DNA of 64,000 nucleotides from Escherichia coli. Its GTDB lineage: Bacteria > Pseudomonadota > Gammaproteobacteria > Enterobacterales > Enterobacteriaceae. Below the pieces are notes generated by a model that did no database searches, was not told the origin of the DNA, and was given only the letters and a program-made list of their open reading frames with translations. The DNA lies in assembly GCF_045037415.1 (NCBI RefSeq), contig NZ_CP173438.1, one strand, 5' to 3'. Made by a program: the position numbers and the translations under genes. This document shows positions 52,246-64,000 of the stretch, one piece after another; the stretch's first letter is position 1, and each line of letters starts with the position of its first letter.

Positions 52246-53037
52246 TTAGCTGATTAACTGCTGAAAAATTCGGCTGCCGAAGTAGGCCAGTGTCAGAATG
52301 ACTGCACCCGCAACGTTAAACCAGACGACGCGGCGTCCACGCCATCCTTCATGATAATGTCCCCACAGCAGCACAATATAGACAAACCACGCCACGATAG
52401 AGAGCACGGCCTTGTCGATATTTTCCATGCTAAATAAGTTGTGCATGTAGAACAGGCCAGTGCAAAGAGTGAGCGTTAGCAGCACCACGCCAATCTGCGT
52501 GATATGGAACATTTTACGCTCGATACTCATCAATGGCGGCATTTCCTGGTTAAACGCCAGCTTCTTGTTCTTCAGTTGGTAATCAATCCACGCCAGTTGC
52601 AGCGCGTACAGGGCAGCGATAATTAGCGTGGCATAGGAAAAAAGCGATAAGCCAATGTGCACCAGCATCCCCGGCGTTGCTTCCAGATGGGTGATGTATT
52701 CATTGGGCATAAAGGTCGCCAGCGCTAGGTTGATAAGCGCAAAGGCATAGACAATGGGTAGCAACAACCAGCCACGATTGCGAGAAGCCACAATGGTCAT
52801 TACCGTACAGATCATCAAACTGACCAATGAACCAACGTTCAGCAGGCTGAGGTTTTGTCCGCTATCACCGTCGGGCAGGATGCGGGCTTCCAGAGCGATT
52901 GCGTGGCAGACCAGCGCGATGACCGCAGAAATAATAGCCATGCGCCGCCAGCCGCCGTTTTTTTGCAGCAGACCGGGAACAATCAGCGCAAGACTGACGG
53001 AGTAGGCGACAAGCGCGAGCAGAGCAAAAACGGGCAT
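52246..53037 (-). CDS. ypjD: Cytochrome c assembly-like inner membrane protein
   Basis: 263 aa from MPVFALLALVAY; polytopic. Confidence 0.85.
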   Translation of the reverse strand: MPVFALLALVAYSVSLALIVPGLLQKNGGWRRMAIISAVIALVCHAIALEARILPDGDSGQNLSLLNVGSLVSLMICTVMTIVASRNRGWLLLPIVYAFALINLALATFMPNEYITHLEATPGMLVHIGLSLFSYATLIIAALYALQLAWIDYQLKNKKLAFNQEMPPLMSIERKMFHITQIGVVLLTLTLCTGLFYMHNLFSMENIDKAVLSIVAWFVYIVLLWGHYHEGWRGRRVVWFNVAGAVILTLAYFGSRIFQQLIS

Positions 53038-53203
53038 AGTAATGTCGACAGTTTGAGCAATAAGAAAGAGAAGCAGTATAGCGTCAGGTGAACGCTGCTC
53101 CAACCGTTGCATAACAACAAAGACGCCTTCATGTTATACTGCGGCAAAATACTGATGATGTGTCGCGATTGCGGCCAACCGTTTCCACCCCAGGCGAGAG
53201 ACA

Positions 53204-54565
53204 ATGTTTGATAATTTAACCGATCGTTTGTCGCGCACGCTGCGCAATATCAGTGGCCGTGGACGCCTCACTGAAGACAACGTAAAAGATACGCTGCGCG
53301 AAGTGCGCATGGCGCTGCTGGAGGCTGACGTCGCTCTGCCGGTAGTGCGTGAGTTTATCAATCGCGTAAAAGAGAAAGCGGTTGGTCATGAAGTTAATAA
53401 GAGCCTGACGCCGGGGCAGGAGTTCGTCAAAATTGTCCGTAACGAACTGGTTGCGGCGATGGGCGAAGAGAACCAGACCCTGAACCTGGCTGCGCAACCG
53501 CCTGCGGTCGTGCTGATGGCGGGCCTGCAAGGTGCCGGTAAAACAACCAGCGTTGGTAAACTCGGTAAGTTCCTGCGCGAGAAGCACAAGAAGAAAGTAC
53601 TGGTGGTTTCTGCCGACGTCTATCGCCCGGCGGCAATCAAACAGCTTGAGACGCTGGCAGAGCAGGTGGGCGTTGATTTCTTCCCTTCTGATGTTGGTCA
53701 GAAGCCGGTAGATATCGTTAACGCGGCGCTGAAAGAAGCCAAACTGAAATTCTACGACGTGCTGCTGGTGGATACTGCCGGTCGTCTGCACGTTGACGAA
53801 GCGATGATGGACGAGATCAAACAAGTCCATGCGTCGATTAATCCGGTTGAAACCCTATTTGTGGTCGATGCCATGACCGGTCAGGATGCGGCCAATACGG
53901 CAAAAGCATTCAATGAAGCGTTACCGCTTACCGGTGTAGTGTTGACCAAAGTGGACGGCGATGCCCGCGGCGGTGCGGCGCTCTCTATTCGTCACATCAC
54001 TGGCAAACCGATCAAGTTCCTCGGTGTTGGCGAGAAAACCGAGGCGCTGGAGCCATTCCATCCGGACCGTATTGCCTCCCGTATTCTCGGCATGGGCGAC
54101 GTACTGTCACTGATCGAAGATATCGAAAGCAAAGTTGACCGCGCGCAAGCTGAGAAATTAGCCAGCAAGCTGAAAAAAGGCGACGGCTTCGATCTCAACG
54201 ACTTTCTTGAGCAGCTGCGCCAGATGAAAAATATGGGCGGCATGGCTAGCCTGATGGGCAAGCTGCCGGGCATGGGGCAGATCCCGGATAACGTCAAGTC
54301 GCAGATGGACGATAAAGTGCTGGTGCGTATGGAAGCCATCATCAACTCGATGACGATGAAAGAGCGCGCTAAGCCAGAAATCATCAAAGGTTCGCGTAAG
54401 CGCCGTATCGCTGCCGGTTGCGGTATGCAGGTGCAGGACGTTAACCGTCTTCTGAAACAGTTCGACGACATGCAGCGCATGATGAAGAAAATGAAGAAGG
54501 GCGGGATGGCGAAGATGATGAGAAGCATGAAAGGGATGATGCCGCCGGGATTTCCTGGTCGCTAA
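53204..54565 (+). CDS. ffh: Signal recognition particle protein Ffh
   Basis: 453 aa, GTPase G-domain GLQGAGKTT and Met-rich M domain. Confidence 0.97.
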   Translation: MFDNLTDRLSRTLRNISGRGRLTEDNVKDTLREVRMALLEADVALPVVREFINRVKEKAVGHEVNKSLTPGQEFVKIVRNELVAAMGEENQTLNLAAQPPAVVLMAGLQGAGKTTSVGKLGKFLREKHKKKVLVVSADVYRPAAIKQLETLAEQVGVDFFPSDVGQKPVDIVNAALKEAKLKFYDVLLVDTAGRLHVDEAMMDEIKQVHASINPVETLFVVDAMTGQDAANTAKAFNEALPLTGVVLTKVDGDARGGAALSIRHITGKPIKFLGVGEKTEALEPFHPDRIASRILGMGDVLSLIEDIESKVDRAQAEKLASKLKKGDGFDLNDFLEQLRQMKNMGGMASLMGKLPGMGQIPDNVKSQMDDKVLVRMEAIINSMTMKERAKPEIIKGSRKRRIAAGCGMQVQDVNRLLKQFDDMQRMMKKMKKGGMAKMMRSMKGMMPPGFPGR

Positions 54566-54623
54566 ATGACCTTATGCGACAGAGTTATTAACTGCTGATT
54601 GCATTTTCTCCAGAAATCAGTAA

Positions 54624-54950
<327 letters not shown>

Positions 54951-54968
54951 TCTGTCACGGTGGTCATG

Positions 54969-55517
54969 ATGAGCAAACAACTCACCGCGCAAGCACCTGT
55001 TGATCCCATCGTTTTGGGAAAAATGGGTTCGTCTTACGGTATTCGTGGGTGGCTCAGAGTGTTTTCTTCCACCGAAGACGCCGAAAGCATTTTTGACTAT
55101 CAGCCCTGGTTTATCCAGAAGGCGGGTCAGTGGCAGCAAGTCCAGCTGGAAAGCTGGAAGCACCACAATCAGGACATGATCATCAAGCTGAAAGGCGTTG
55201 ACGATCGTGATGCGGCGAACCTGCTGACGAATTGTGAAATTGTCGTGGATTCATCGCAGTTGCCTCAGCTTGAAGAGGGTGACTACTACTGGAAAGACCT
55301 GATGGGCTGCCAGGTAGTAACCACTGAAGGCTACGATCTCGGTAAAGTCGTAGATATGATGGAAACCGGATCTAATGACGTTCTCGTCATTAAGGCAAAC
55401 CTGAAAGATGCGTTTGGTATCAAGGAACGTATCGTACCGTTCCTCGATGGGCAGGTTATCAAGAAAGTCGATCTCACTACTCGTTCAATCGAAGTAGATT
55501 GGGATCCTGGTTTTTAA
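54969..55517 (+). CDS. rimM: Ribosome maturation factor RimM
   Basis: 182 aa from [10 protein letters not shown]. Confidence 0.95.
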   Translation: MSKQLTAQAPVDPIVLGKMGSSYGIRGWLRVFSSTEDAESIFDYQPWFIQKAGQWQQVQLESWKHHNQDMIIKLKGVDDRDAANLLTNCEIVVDSSQLPQLEEGDYYWKDLMGCQVVTTEGYDLGKVVDMMETGSNDVLVIKANLKDAFGIKERIVPFLDGQVIKKVDLTTRSIEVDWDPGF

Positions 55518-55547
55518 ACCACCGGATAAACGGTAAAAGACGGCGCT

Positions 55548-56315
55548 ATGTGGATTGGCATAATTAGCCTGTTTCCTGAAATGTTCCGCGCAATTACCGA
55601 TTACGGGGTAACTGGCCGGGCAGTTAAAAATGGCCTGCTGAGCATCCAGAGCTGGAGTCCTCGCGACTTCACGTATGATCGGCACCGTACCGTGGACGAT
55701 CGTCCTTACGGCGGCGGACCGGGGATGTTAATGATGGTGCAACCCTTGCGGGACGCCATTCATGCAGCAAAAGCCGCGGCGGGTGAAGGCGCAAAGGTGA
55801 TTTATCTGTCACCACAGGGACGCAAGCTTGATCAAGCGGGCGTCAGCGAGCTGGCAACGAATCAAAAATTGATTCTGGTGTGCGGTCGCTACGAAGGTAT
55901 AGATGAGCGCGTGATCCAAACCGAAATTGATGAAGAATGGTCAATCGGCGATTACGTTCTCAGTGGTGGTGAGTTACCAGCAATGACGCTGATTGACTCC
56001 GTTTCCCGGTTTATTCCGGGAGTACTGGGACATGAGGCCTCGGCAACGGAAGACTCCTTTGCTGAAGGATTGCTGGATTGCCCGCACTATACGCGGCCTG
56101 AGGTGTTAGAAGGGATGGAAGTTCCGCCAGTGTTACTGTCGGGCAACCATGCCGAGATACGTCGCTGGCGTTTGAAACAGTCGCTGGGCCGTACCTGGCT
56201 TAGAAGACCTGAACTTCTGGAAAACCTGGCTCTGACTGAAGAGCAAGCAAGGTTGCTGGCGGAGTTCAAAACGGAACACGCACAACAGCAACATAAACAT
56301 GATGGGATGGCGTAA
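55548..56315 (+). CDS. trmD: tRNA (guanine37-N1)-methyltransferase
   Basis: 255 aa SPOUT-family MTase. Confidence 0.96.
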   Translation: MWIGIISLFPEMFRAITDYGVTGRAVKNGLLSIQSWSPRDFTYDRHRTVDDRPYGGGPGMLMMVQPLRDAIHAAKAAAGEGAKVIYLSPQGRKLDQAGVSELATNQKLILVCGRYEGIDERVIQTEIDEEWSIGDYVLSGGELPAMTLIDSVSRFIPGVLGHEASATEDSFAEGLLDCPHYTRPEVLEGMEVPPVLLSGNHAEIRRWRLKQSLGRTWLRRPELLENLALTEEQARLLAEFKTEHAQQQHKHDGMA

Positions 56316-56353
56316 GCCCCCGAGATATCAGTTTACCCAGGATAAGAGATTAA

Positions 56354-56704
<351 letters not shown>

Positions 56705-56780
56705 GATTTCGCTTAAGCGACATCCTGTTAAGAAGGGCTGGCCAATTGGCTGGCCCTTTTTTTGTCTGTTTGCTCGTGTT

Positions 56781-57263
56781 TTAAGGGGTTGTAATCACCA
56801 CTGCGACGCGGCGGTTTTCGGCGCGGCCCTGGGCGGTCTTGTTACTGGCTATGGGATATTTTTTTCCTAAACCCTGTGTGATGAGATTGCTGCGCGGAAT
56901 TTGTCCACCCATAGCCCATGCATCGGCCACGACATTCGCCCGTTTTAATGATAAGACTTCGTTGTAACTGTCTTCACCATAGTTGTCGGTGTGTCCATCC
57001 ATACGGGCATGTGTTAGCCCTGTCGAGGCCAATTTGGCTGCCATGGTTTGGATTTGTTGCTGGCTTTCCGGGAGCAATTTGTAGTCATTTTTTGCGAACA
57101 GAATGGCATCTGATAAGCCCAGCGACCAGTCGCCGGCGGATTCAGTAAATCCATAAGATTGCATAGCGGCGACTTGCTCAGGAGTAAACTTTCCCTGAGG
57201 GGACTGGCAGCCAGTAAGTATTAGCGAGGTGAAAATCAGGGGGGCTAGCAGGTGCTTTATCAT
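56781..57263 (-). CDS. yfiB: OmpA-family outer membrane lipoprotein, activator of DgcN
   Basis: 160 aa, lipobox LTGCQ, OmpA-like peptidoglycan-binding domain. Confidence 0.9.
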   Translation of the reverse strand: MIKHLLAPLIFTSLILTGCQSPQGKFTPEQVAAMQSYGFTESAGDWSLGLSDAILFAKNDYKLLPESQQQIQTMAAKLASTGLTHARMDGHTDNYGEDSYNEVLSLKRANVVADAWAMGGQIPRSNLITQGLGKKYPIASNKTAQGRAENRRVAVVITTP

Positions 57264-57278
57264 ATCGATATATCCTTG

Positions 57279-58505
57279 TTATCTCACCAGTTTTTCGGCA
57301 CGCTGGTGTTTGGCCTGATACATATTGTGATCGGCAAGCTCTTGTAAATTTTCCGCAGAGGCGTGCTCAATGGTCATCGCGTAACCAATGCTTAATGTCA
57401 TGGTAGTTTGATGGCCATTATGAAGATCAAACGGGAGATTAAAAATTTGTGTCAGTGCTGAGCATATCTGCTGCACTTCAGATTCCGACTGTACATCATA
57501 GAGCACCATAGCGAATTCATCGCCGCCCAGGCGGTATGCTTTATGTCGCAGCCCGCCAAATTCAGCTAACCGTTTTGCTATTTCAATCAAGACTCTATCG
57601 CCCGTCGCATGACCCCAGGTATCATTGATATATTTGAAATTATCGCCATCAAGAAATAGTAACGCCGACGTTTTTCGGGCATCGGAATTGTTCATCAACG
57701 TGTTGATGCCGCTACGAAACGCTGCGCGGTTAGCCAGCCCGGTTAATGGGTCATGTAGCGCGGTACGTAGAAGCTGCGCATTTTTGGCCTGTAAACGAAG
57801 CTGCCACTCTTCCATTTCATCCAGCAGACTGTTGAAGTCGAGAGCGAAGCGGTGAAACTCAGCGATACGTTCTTCCGAAACTCGTCGGGAAAAATTGCGG
57901 TTAGAACGCACATCATGTACGACATCGGTGATATTTTTCAGCGCTTCCACCAGGCCATTGTGCAAATGGCGGGTGAGGGTAATTGCGATGCCTGATGCCA
58001 GCAGAATACAACCGGTCAGGACAGCGAGCGAAAACCAGATAAAATGGCTGATTGAACTGTCGCGAGCAGTTAAGCGTACTTCGCCAATGGTTTCACTATT
58101 GTGACGAATCGGCTGAATGATGGGGGCAGGGAAGAGCCAGTGGCTTATGAAATTGCTGAAAGTATCGCCTGGTTCCTTATGGGTGTAATGCCAGGATGCC
58201 AGAATATTTTGCTGCTTATCACGCACTTCTGCAGTTGAAAATTGGCCTTGCTGGCCCAGCGCTGCCAGTGTTTCAGTTGCTGCAGGGCCATCGGCAAAAA
58301 CGACAGCTGCTTCCAGACTGTAAGTCATTGTTGCTGCTGTCAGTGCCAGGTTTTTTTGCGCGTATTGTTTCAGGGTTAGCACTGACGTCACGGAAAGCAG
58401 CAGCCAGATCAGCGTCATAGTGATAAATATGCTGGTCATGCTGATGTTGCGTAATGCTCTTTTAAACGTGGGGCGCTTATGAAGAGAATTATCGTTATCC
58501 ATCAT
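57279..58505 (-). CDS. dgcN: Diguanylate cyclase (TM, HAMP, GGDEF)
   Basis: 408 aa with RLGGDEF active-site motif. Confidence 0.92.
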   Translation of the reverse strand: MMDNDNSLHKRPTFKRALRNISMTSIFITMTLIWLLLSVTSVLTLKQYAQKNLALTAATMTYSLEAAVVFADGPAATETLAALGQQGQFSTAEVRDKQQNILASWHYTHKEPGDTFSNFISHWLFPAPIIQPIRHNSETIGEVRLTARDSSISHFIWFSLAVLTGCILLASGIAITLTRHLHNGLVEALKNITDVVHDVRSNRNFSRRVSEERIAEFHRFALDFNSLLDEMEEWQLRLQAKNAQLLRTALHDPLTGLANRAAFRSGINTLMNNSDARKTSALLFLDGDNFKYINDTWGHATGDRVLIEIAKRLAEFGGLRHKAYRLGGDEFAMVLYDVQSESEVQQICSALTQIFNLPFDLHNGHQTTMTLSIGYAMTIEHASAENLQELADHNMYQAKHQRAEKLVR

Positions 58506-59013
58506 TTTTCTTCCGTGCGAGCATTAAGACATCCGGGTTGACCTTTACACCGCTACGCGATAAGGCATCCAGGTTTACGGCAAATCTGACGTCATTATTG
58601 TGGATGATCAGACAAAAGGCGCTACCAATAATGCACTCGGTATTTTGTTCGGCAATTAATAATAACGCCTTTGACGGATATTGTTCGGTTAATTCCATCT
58701 GGAATGTCGGTGACTCGTTGCCAAAATAAAAACCATTGCAGCCTGAAATTATCGCCTCTTGTTGAGTATGAATGATGACAGGCAGATAAGGTAAAGATGT
58801 AGCAGCATTTTCTTGTAAGGCGGTACTAAAACGTGAAGATGAAAAGATACATAACTTTGGTGGCCCTGATAGCCCAGGCCAGCGGGTGTAACTGACAATA
58901 CCGGAAACCATCATACGCACGTTTTTCGCAACGTCAGAAGGTTCCTGAGCGAGTATTGGTGCTCCCGTCAGCAGGAGAATCAGCAGTAAGAACAGTCGGT
59001 GAGAAAAACGCAT
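58495..59013 (-). CDS. yfiR: Periplasmic repressor of DgcN
   Basis: 172 aa with signal peptide; overlaps dgcN start. Confidence 0.88.
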   Translation of the reverse strand: MRFSHRLFLLLILLLTGAPILAQEPSDVAKNVRMMVSGIVSYTRWPGLSGPPKLCIFSSSRFSTALQENAATSLPYLPVIIHTQQEAIISGCNGFYFGNESPTFQMELTEQYPSKALLLIAEQNTECIIGSAFCLIIHNNDVRFAVNLDALSRSGVKVNPDVLMLARKKNDG

Positions 59014-59159
59014 TCAGGGATCCTCACCATCTTCGCTCGAAATGCATCGATATTTTTTCAGAATGCTCATTAAAATATCATCCTTTCATGCGGTCGTCAT
59101 CAATGTGAGAAATAAAACATAATGAGTAAAATCTCATGCTTAATTTATTTTGGGGGTAA

Positions 59160-59525
59160 TTAATTTAATCGTATTGTGCTGGCATTTTCATCAGCCCCTT
59201 TTCGCCATACTTCATGCAGTTGGCTGGCATTTTCAACATTATTGCAGCTGGCAGGAAAGCTTTTACCAGAAAGCCCCCGGGCATAAGTAAAATCGGTCTG
59301 GCAAGTTTTCTTTTGCCCTTCGGCATATCCTTTAAGGTATAGACCGCGATCCGCCTGTGAATCGCTAAATGCATCGTCATCTTTAATGGCGCTGCCCGAT
59401 ATCGCATCTTCCATACCAACATCATACCAGTCGGTGCTGGTCAAGGTTGGCGCGTGAGTATAAGGATCAATCTGACATCCGCTAACCAGTAAAGCCAACA
59501 AGGGGGCGATAAATTTTTTCATCAT
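59160..59525 (-). CDS. yfiL: Small lipoprotein YfiL
   Basis: 121 aa from MMKKFIAPLLALLVSGC; AAGGAG SD 7 nt upstream; the ORF-track upstream ATG lies inside the SD. Confidence 0.8.
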   Translation of the reverse strand: MMKKFIAPLLALLVSGCQIDPYTHAPTLTSTDWYDVGMEDAISGSAIKDDDAFSDSQADRGLYLKGYAEGQKKTCQTDFTYARGLSGKSFPASCNNVENASQLHEVWRKGADENASTIRLN

Positions 59526-59569
59526 TTCTTTCTCCTTTTTCAAAGCATAGCGGATTGTTTTTAAAGATG

Positions 59570-59700
59570 GTGTAAATTTATATATACAGAAATAAGGGTA
59601 AAAAGCGCGAATAAATTGCTTACGTAAAGAAATGTGTACGAAATATGGATTGAAAACTTTACTTTATGTGTTATCGTTACGTCATCCTCGCTGAGGATCA
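59570..59700 (+). promoter_or_regulatory. aroF promoter region with TyrR-box-like motifs
   Basis: TGTAAATTTATATATACA and related TGTAAA-N6-TTTACA-like half-sites upstream of aroF; exact box boundaries not resolved. Confidence 0.45.
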
Positions 59701-59734
59701 ACTATCGCAAACGAGCATAAACAGGATCGCCATC

Positions 59735-60805
59735 ATGCAAAAAGACGCGCTGAATAACGTACATATTACCGACGAACAGGTTTTAATGACTCCGGAACAA
59801 CTGAAGGCCGCTTTTCCATTAAGCCTGCAACAAGAAGCCCAGATTGCTGACTCGCGTAAAACCATTTCAGATATTATCGCCGGGCGCGATCCTCGTCTTC
59901 TGGTAGTATGTGGTCCTTGTTCCATTCATGATCCGGAAACTGCTCTGGAATATGCTCGTCGATTTAAAGCCCTTGCCGCAGAGGTCAGCGATAGCCTCTA
60001 TCTGGTAATGCGCGTCTATTTTGAAAAACCCCGTACCACTGTCGGCTGGAAAGGGTTAATTAACGATCCCCATATGGATGGCTCTTTTGATGTAGAAGCC
60101 GGGCTGCAGATCGCGCGTAAATTGCTGCTTGAGCTGGTGAATATGGGACTGCCACTGGCGACGGAAGCGTTAGATCCGAATAGCCCGCAATACCTGGGCG
60201 ATCTGTTTAGCTGGTCAGCAATTGGTGCTCGTACAACGGAATCGCAAACTCACCGTGAAATGGCCTCCGGGCTTTCCATGCCGGTTGGTTTTAAAAACGG
60301 CACCGATGGCAGTCTGGCAACGGCAATTAACGCTATGCGCGCCGCCGCCCAGCCGCACCGTTTTGTTGGCATTAACCAGGCAGGGCAGGTTGCGTTGCTA
60401 CAAACTCAGGGGAATCCGGACGGGCATGTGATCCTGCGCGGTGGTAAAGCGCCAAACTATAGCCCTGCGGATGTTGCGCAATGTGAAAAAGAGATGGAAC
60501 AGGCGGGACTGCGCCCGTCTCTGATGGTAGATTGCAGCCACGGTAATTCCAATAAAGATTATCGCCGTCAGCCTGCGGTGGCAGAATCCGTGGTTGCTCA
60601 AATCAAAGATGGCAATCGCTCAATTATTGGTCTGATGATCGAAAGTAATATCCACGAGGGCAATCAGTCTTCCGAGCAACCGCGCAGTGAAATGAAATAC
60701 GGTGTATCCGTAACCGATGCCTGCATTAGCTGGGAAATGACCGATGCCTTGCTGCGTGAAATTCATCAGGATCTGAACGGGCAGCTGACGGCTCGCGTGG
60801 CTTAA
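59735..60805 (+). CDS. aroF: DAHP synthase, Tyr-sensitive
   Basis: 356 aa from [11 protein letters not shown]. Confidence 0.95.
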   Translation: MQKDALNNVHITDEQVLMTPEQLKAAFPLSLQQEAQIADSRKTISDIIAGRDPRLLVVCGPCSIHDPETALEYARRFKALAAEVSDSLYLVMRVYFEKPRTTVGWKGLINDPHMDGSFDVEAGLQIARKLLLELVNMGLPLATEALDPNSPQYLGDLFSWSAIGARTTESQTHREMASGLSMPVGFKNGTDGSLATAINAMRAAAQPHRFVGINQAGQVALLQTQGNPDGHVILRGGKAPNYSPADVAQCEKEMEQAGLRPSLMVDCSHGNSNKDYRRQPAVAESVVAQIKDGNRSIIGLMIESNIHEGNQSSEQPRSEMKYGVSVTDACISWEMTDALLREIHQDLNGQLTARVA

Positions 60806-60815
60806 GAGGTTTATT

Positions 60816-61937
60816 ATGGTTGCTGAGTTGACCGCATTACGCGATCAAATTGATGAAGTCGATAAAGCGCTGCTGAATTTATTAGCGAAGCGTCTGGAAT
60901 TGGTTGCTGAAGTGGGCGAGGTGAAAAGCCGATTTGGACTGCCTATTTATGTTCCGGAGCGCGAGGCATCTATGTTGGCCTCGCGTCGTGCGGAGGCGGA
61001 AGCTCTGGGTGTACCGCCAGATCTGATTGAGGATGTTTTGCGTCGGGTGATGCGTGAATCTTACTCCAGTGAAAACGACAAAGGATTTAAAACGCTTTGT
61101 CCGTCACTGCGCCCGGTGGTTATCGTCGGTGGTGGCGGTCAGATGGGACGTCTGTTCGAGAAGATGCTGATACTCTCGGGTTATCAGGTGCGGATTCTGG
61201 AGCAACATGACTGGGATCGAGCGGCTGATATTGTTGCCGATGCCGGAATGGTGATTGTTAGTGTGCCCATCCACGTTACTGAGCAAGTTATCGGCAAATT
61301 ACCGCCTTTACCGAAAGATTGTATTCTGGTTGATCTGGCATCAGTGAAAAATGGACCATTACAGGCCATGCTGGCGGCGCACGATGGCCCGGTGCTGGGG
61401 TTACACCCGATGTTCGGCCCGGACAGCGGTAGCCTGGCAAAGCAAGTTGTGGTCTGGTGTGATGGACGTAAGCCGGAAGCATACCAATGGTTTCTGGAGC
61501 AAATTCAGGTCTGGGGCGCTCGGTTGCATCGTATTAGCGCTGTCGAGCACGATCAGAATATGGCGTTTATTCAGGCTCTGCGCCACTTTGCTACTTTTGC
61601 TTATGGGCTGCACCTGGCAGAAGAAAATGTTCAGCTTGAGCAACTACTGGCGCTCTCTTCGCCGATTTACCGCCTTGAGCTGGCGATGGTCGGGCGACTG
61701 TTTGCTCAGGATCCGCAGCTTTATGCCGACATTATTATGTCGTCAGAGCGTAATCTGGCGTTAATCAAACGTTACTATAAGCGTTTCGGCGAGGCGATTG
61801 AGTTGCTGGAGCAGGGCGATAAGCAGGCGTTTATTGACAGTTTCCGCAAGGTGGAGCACTGGTTCGGCGATTACGCACAGCGTTTTCAGAGTGAAAGCCG
61901 CGTGTTATTGCGTCAGGCGAATGACAATCGCCAGTAA
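60816..61937 (+). CDS. tyrA: Bifunctional chorismate mutase / prephenate dehydrogenase
   Basis: 373 aa. Confidence 0.96.
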   Translation: MVAELTALRDQIDEVDKALLNLLAKRLELVAEVGEVKSRFGLPIYVPEREASMLASRRAEAEALGVPPDLIEDVLRRVMRESYSSENDKGFKTLCPSLRPVVIVGGGGQMGRLFEKMLILSGYQVRILEQHDWDRAADIVADAGMVIVSVPIHVTEQVIGKLPPLPKDCILVDLASVKNGPLQAMLAAHDGPVLGLHPMFGPDSGSLAKQVVVWCDGRKPEAYQWFLEQIQVWGARLHRISAVEHDQNMAFIQALRHFATFAYGLHLAEENVQLEQLLALSSPIYRLELAMVGRLFAQDPQLYADIIMSSERNLALIKRYYKRFGEAIELLEQGDKQAFIDSFRKVEHWFGDYAQRFQSESRVLLRQANDNRQ

Positions 61938-61979
61938 TAATCCAGTGCCGGATGATTCACATCATCCGGCACTTTTTCA

Positions 61980-63140
61980 TCAGGTTGGATCAACAGGCAC
62001 TACGTTCTCACTTGGGTAACAGCCCAATACCTTCATCGAACGGGTGATTTCCCCTAACTCTTTCAATGCTTTTTGCATTTCCGCTGATTCAAGATTGGCC
62101 TGAATATCCAGATAAAACATCTCTTCCCACGGATTACCGTGAATCGGACGTGATTCCAGACGGGTCATAATTAGACTGTGGTTGCGCAGTACCAGCAACG
62201 CTTCAACCAGTGCACCAGCTTGTTGTCCGGTCGCCATTAACAACGTCGTTTTCGCCGGAACCTGGTCAGAAACGTTAATGGCTTTACGTGCCAACACCAC
62301 AAATCGGGTGAAGTTTTGTCGCTGATTCGCTTCAATACGCTCCAGTACCTGCAAACCGTACAAAGTGCCGCCAGCTTCGCTTCCCAACGCAGCAACATGC
62401 GGTGATTTTGCCTGTGCAACCTTTTCCATTGCCGCAGACGTACTTTCGGTATATTCAATCTTCCAGTGCGGATAACGATTAAGGAATTTGCTGCATTGCT
62501 GGAACGGCTGCGGATGGCTGTAGACCGTATTGATGGTGGATAAATCAGTAGTGCCGGAGACCAACAAACAATGATCGATAGTTAACGTCATCTCGCCAAC
62601 AATCGACAAACTGGTATGTTGCAGCAGATCGTAAACGTCGTTTATGGCACCGGAGCTGGTATTTTCAATCGGTACGACGGCATAGTCGGCCTGGCCGGTT
62701 TCCACCTGATTAAAAATATCGGCAAATTTGGCGCAGCCACTTTCAATGAATTGCTCAAAGTGACGGGCAGCATACTGGCGCGCCGCAAGATGGGAATAAG
62801 AACCTTTGGGGCCGAGAAAAGCGATGCGTGCTGAGTGCGGATTAATTTTATTGAGATGTTGCTGGAGTAAAGCCTGCTGAGTTAATACGGAATCTTCAAT
62901 GATGAGCTGGAACAGGCGAGTAATGTAATGGGCGTCCAGATGGTGCGCTTTACCGAGCGTAATTAATCTTTCCAGCAAATCGCGTTCACGATCAATATCA
63001 CGTACCGGGCGATGCGAAAGCAGTTTGGCTTTTCCCACCTCGACGACCAGTTCGCGTCGCTCTGCCAGTAATGCTAATAATTTTTCATCCAGCGCGCTGA
63101 TTTTTTCTCGCAGCGCCAGTAACGGGTTTTCCGATGTCAT
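61980..63140 (-). CDS. pheA: Bifunctional chorismate mutase / prephenate dehydratase
   Basis: 386 aa with C-terminal ACT domain. Confidence 0.96.
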   Translation of the reverse strand: MTSENPLLALREKISALDEKLLALLAERRELVVEVGKAKLLSHRPVRDIDRERDLLERLITLGKAHHLDAHYITRLFQLIIEDSVLTQQALLQQHLNKINPHSARIAFLGPKGSYSHLAARQYAARHFEQFIESGCAKFADIFNQVETGQADYAVVPIENTSSGAINDVYDLLQHTSLSIVGEMTLTIDHCLLVSGTTDLSTINTVYSHPQPFQQCSKFLNRYPHWKIEYTESTSAAMEKVAQAKSPHVAALGSEAGGTLYGLQVLERIEANQRQNFTRFVVLARKAINVSDQVPAKTTLLMATGQQAGALVEALLVLRNHSLIMTRLESRPIHGNPWEEMFYLDIQANLESAEMQKALKELGEITRSMKVLGCYPSENVVPVDPT

Positions 63141-63149
63141 AGTGTTGCC

Positions 63150-63195
63150 TTTTTGTTATCAATAAAAAAGGCCCCCCGATTTGGGAGGCCTTATT
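63150..63195 (-). terminator. pheA attenuator terminator
   Basis: Minus-strand hairpin ggcctcccaaatcggggggcc followed by TTTTTTATT between pheL and pheA. Confidence 0.8.
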
Positions 63196-63238
63196 GTTCG
63201 TCTTCGCATTCTGTTTCACACGACGAAACGCCTCCCAT

Positions 63239-63286
63239 TCAGGGGAAGGTAAAAAAGAATGCGAAGAAAAACGGTGTGTGTTTCAT
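63239..63286 (-). CDS. pheL: pheA leader peptide (15 aa, Phe-rich)
   Basis: Manual translation [15 protein letters not shown] with seven Phe codons. Confidence 0.88.
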   Translation of the reverse strand: [15 protein letters not shown]

Positions 63287-63389
63287 GTTTGTTTCCTTAA
63301 GTGACTTTAGTACAGTACCCGTACTGTTTTCACGCTGTCAACAAAAAACGCGCCCGAAGGCGCGTTGGCGATACACTCAATATAAAGGA

Positions 63390-63785
<396 letters not shown>

Positions 63786-63954
63786 TCAAAATGTGTGATG
63801 GAAATCTCATAATTTTGTCACTTTTTGTCAACGAATCTTTTTTGTGAGAAATCGCAGGAAGAGGTGTTTTTTTACTTGAGGAATATCTCAAAGCGGGCCA
63901 TATTTGATGAGATCGATAGTGACTAAATCGCTTCAGTTTCACAACTAACAGAAT

Positions 63955-63990
63955 AAAAAAACGGCAGCTCAAGGCTGCCGTTTTGTGTTT
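63955..63990 (-). terminator. Intrinsic terminator of the upstream minus-strand gene (beyond the window end)
   Basis: Minus-strand hairpin aaaacggcagccttgagctgccgtttt followed by T-run. Confidence 0.5.
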
Positions 63991-64000
63991 CAGGTTTCTG

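Noticed and set aside
53216-53830. 204-aa ORF antisense to ffh
   Set aside because: Shadow ORF inside a conserved gene.

Overview
The window reads as an Escherichia coli-type chromosomal segment, collinear with but inverted relative to my recollection of the K-12 map around recA/alaS/csrA (about 58-61 min). Gene order: norR (3' fragment), gutQ-srlR-gutM-srlDBEA, mltB, pncC, recA-recX, alaS, csrA, tRNA-Ser plus four tandem tRNA-Arg(ACG), yqaBA, gshA, MicA sRNA, luxS, a two-gene insert, emrBA-mprA, ygaHZ, ygaY, proXWV, nrdFEIH, ygaM, ygaC, alaE, stpA, ygaPV, yqaE, kbp, csiR, gabPTD-lhgO-csiD, tmRNA, smpB, ratAB, bamE, recN, nadK, grpE, yfjD, ypjD, ffh, rpsP-rimM-trmD-rplS, yfiBNRL, aroF-tyrA, pheA-pheL, raiA. 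Almost every ORF is a recognisable core gene. The main exception is a roughly 2 kb insert between the convergent luxS and emrB terminators (about 17108-19150). It carries two translationally coupled minus-strand genes: a minimal nucleotidyltransferase-type RNA ligase (KxDG, FGE, EGxV, KxVRK motifs) and a bifunctional HD phosphohydrolase / P-loop kinase. Together they look like an RNA end-healing and sealing cassette, which is my candidate for the undescribed system. Secondary observations: tmRNA lies about 680 bp from csiD with no integrase or prophage at its 3' end; a duplicated tRNA-Arg 3' fragment follows the tRNA array; an unannotated small membrane ORF sits between mltB and pncC; ygaY is intact. 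All identifications are from reading the translations and sequence against memory; no database search was run.
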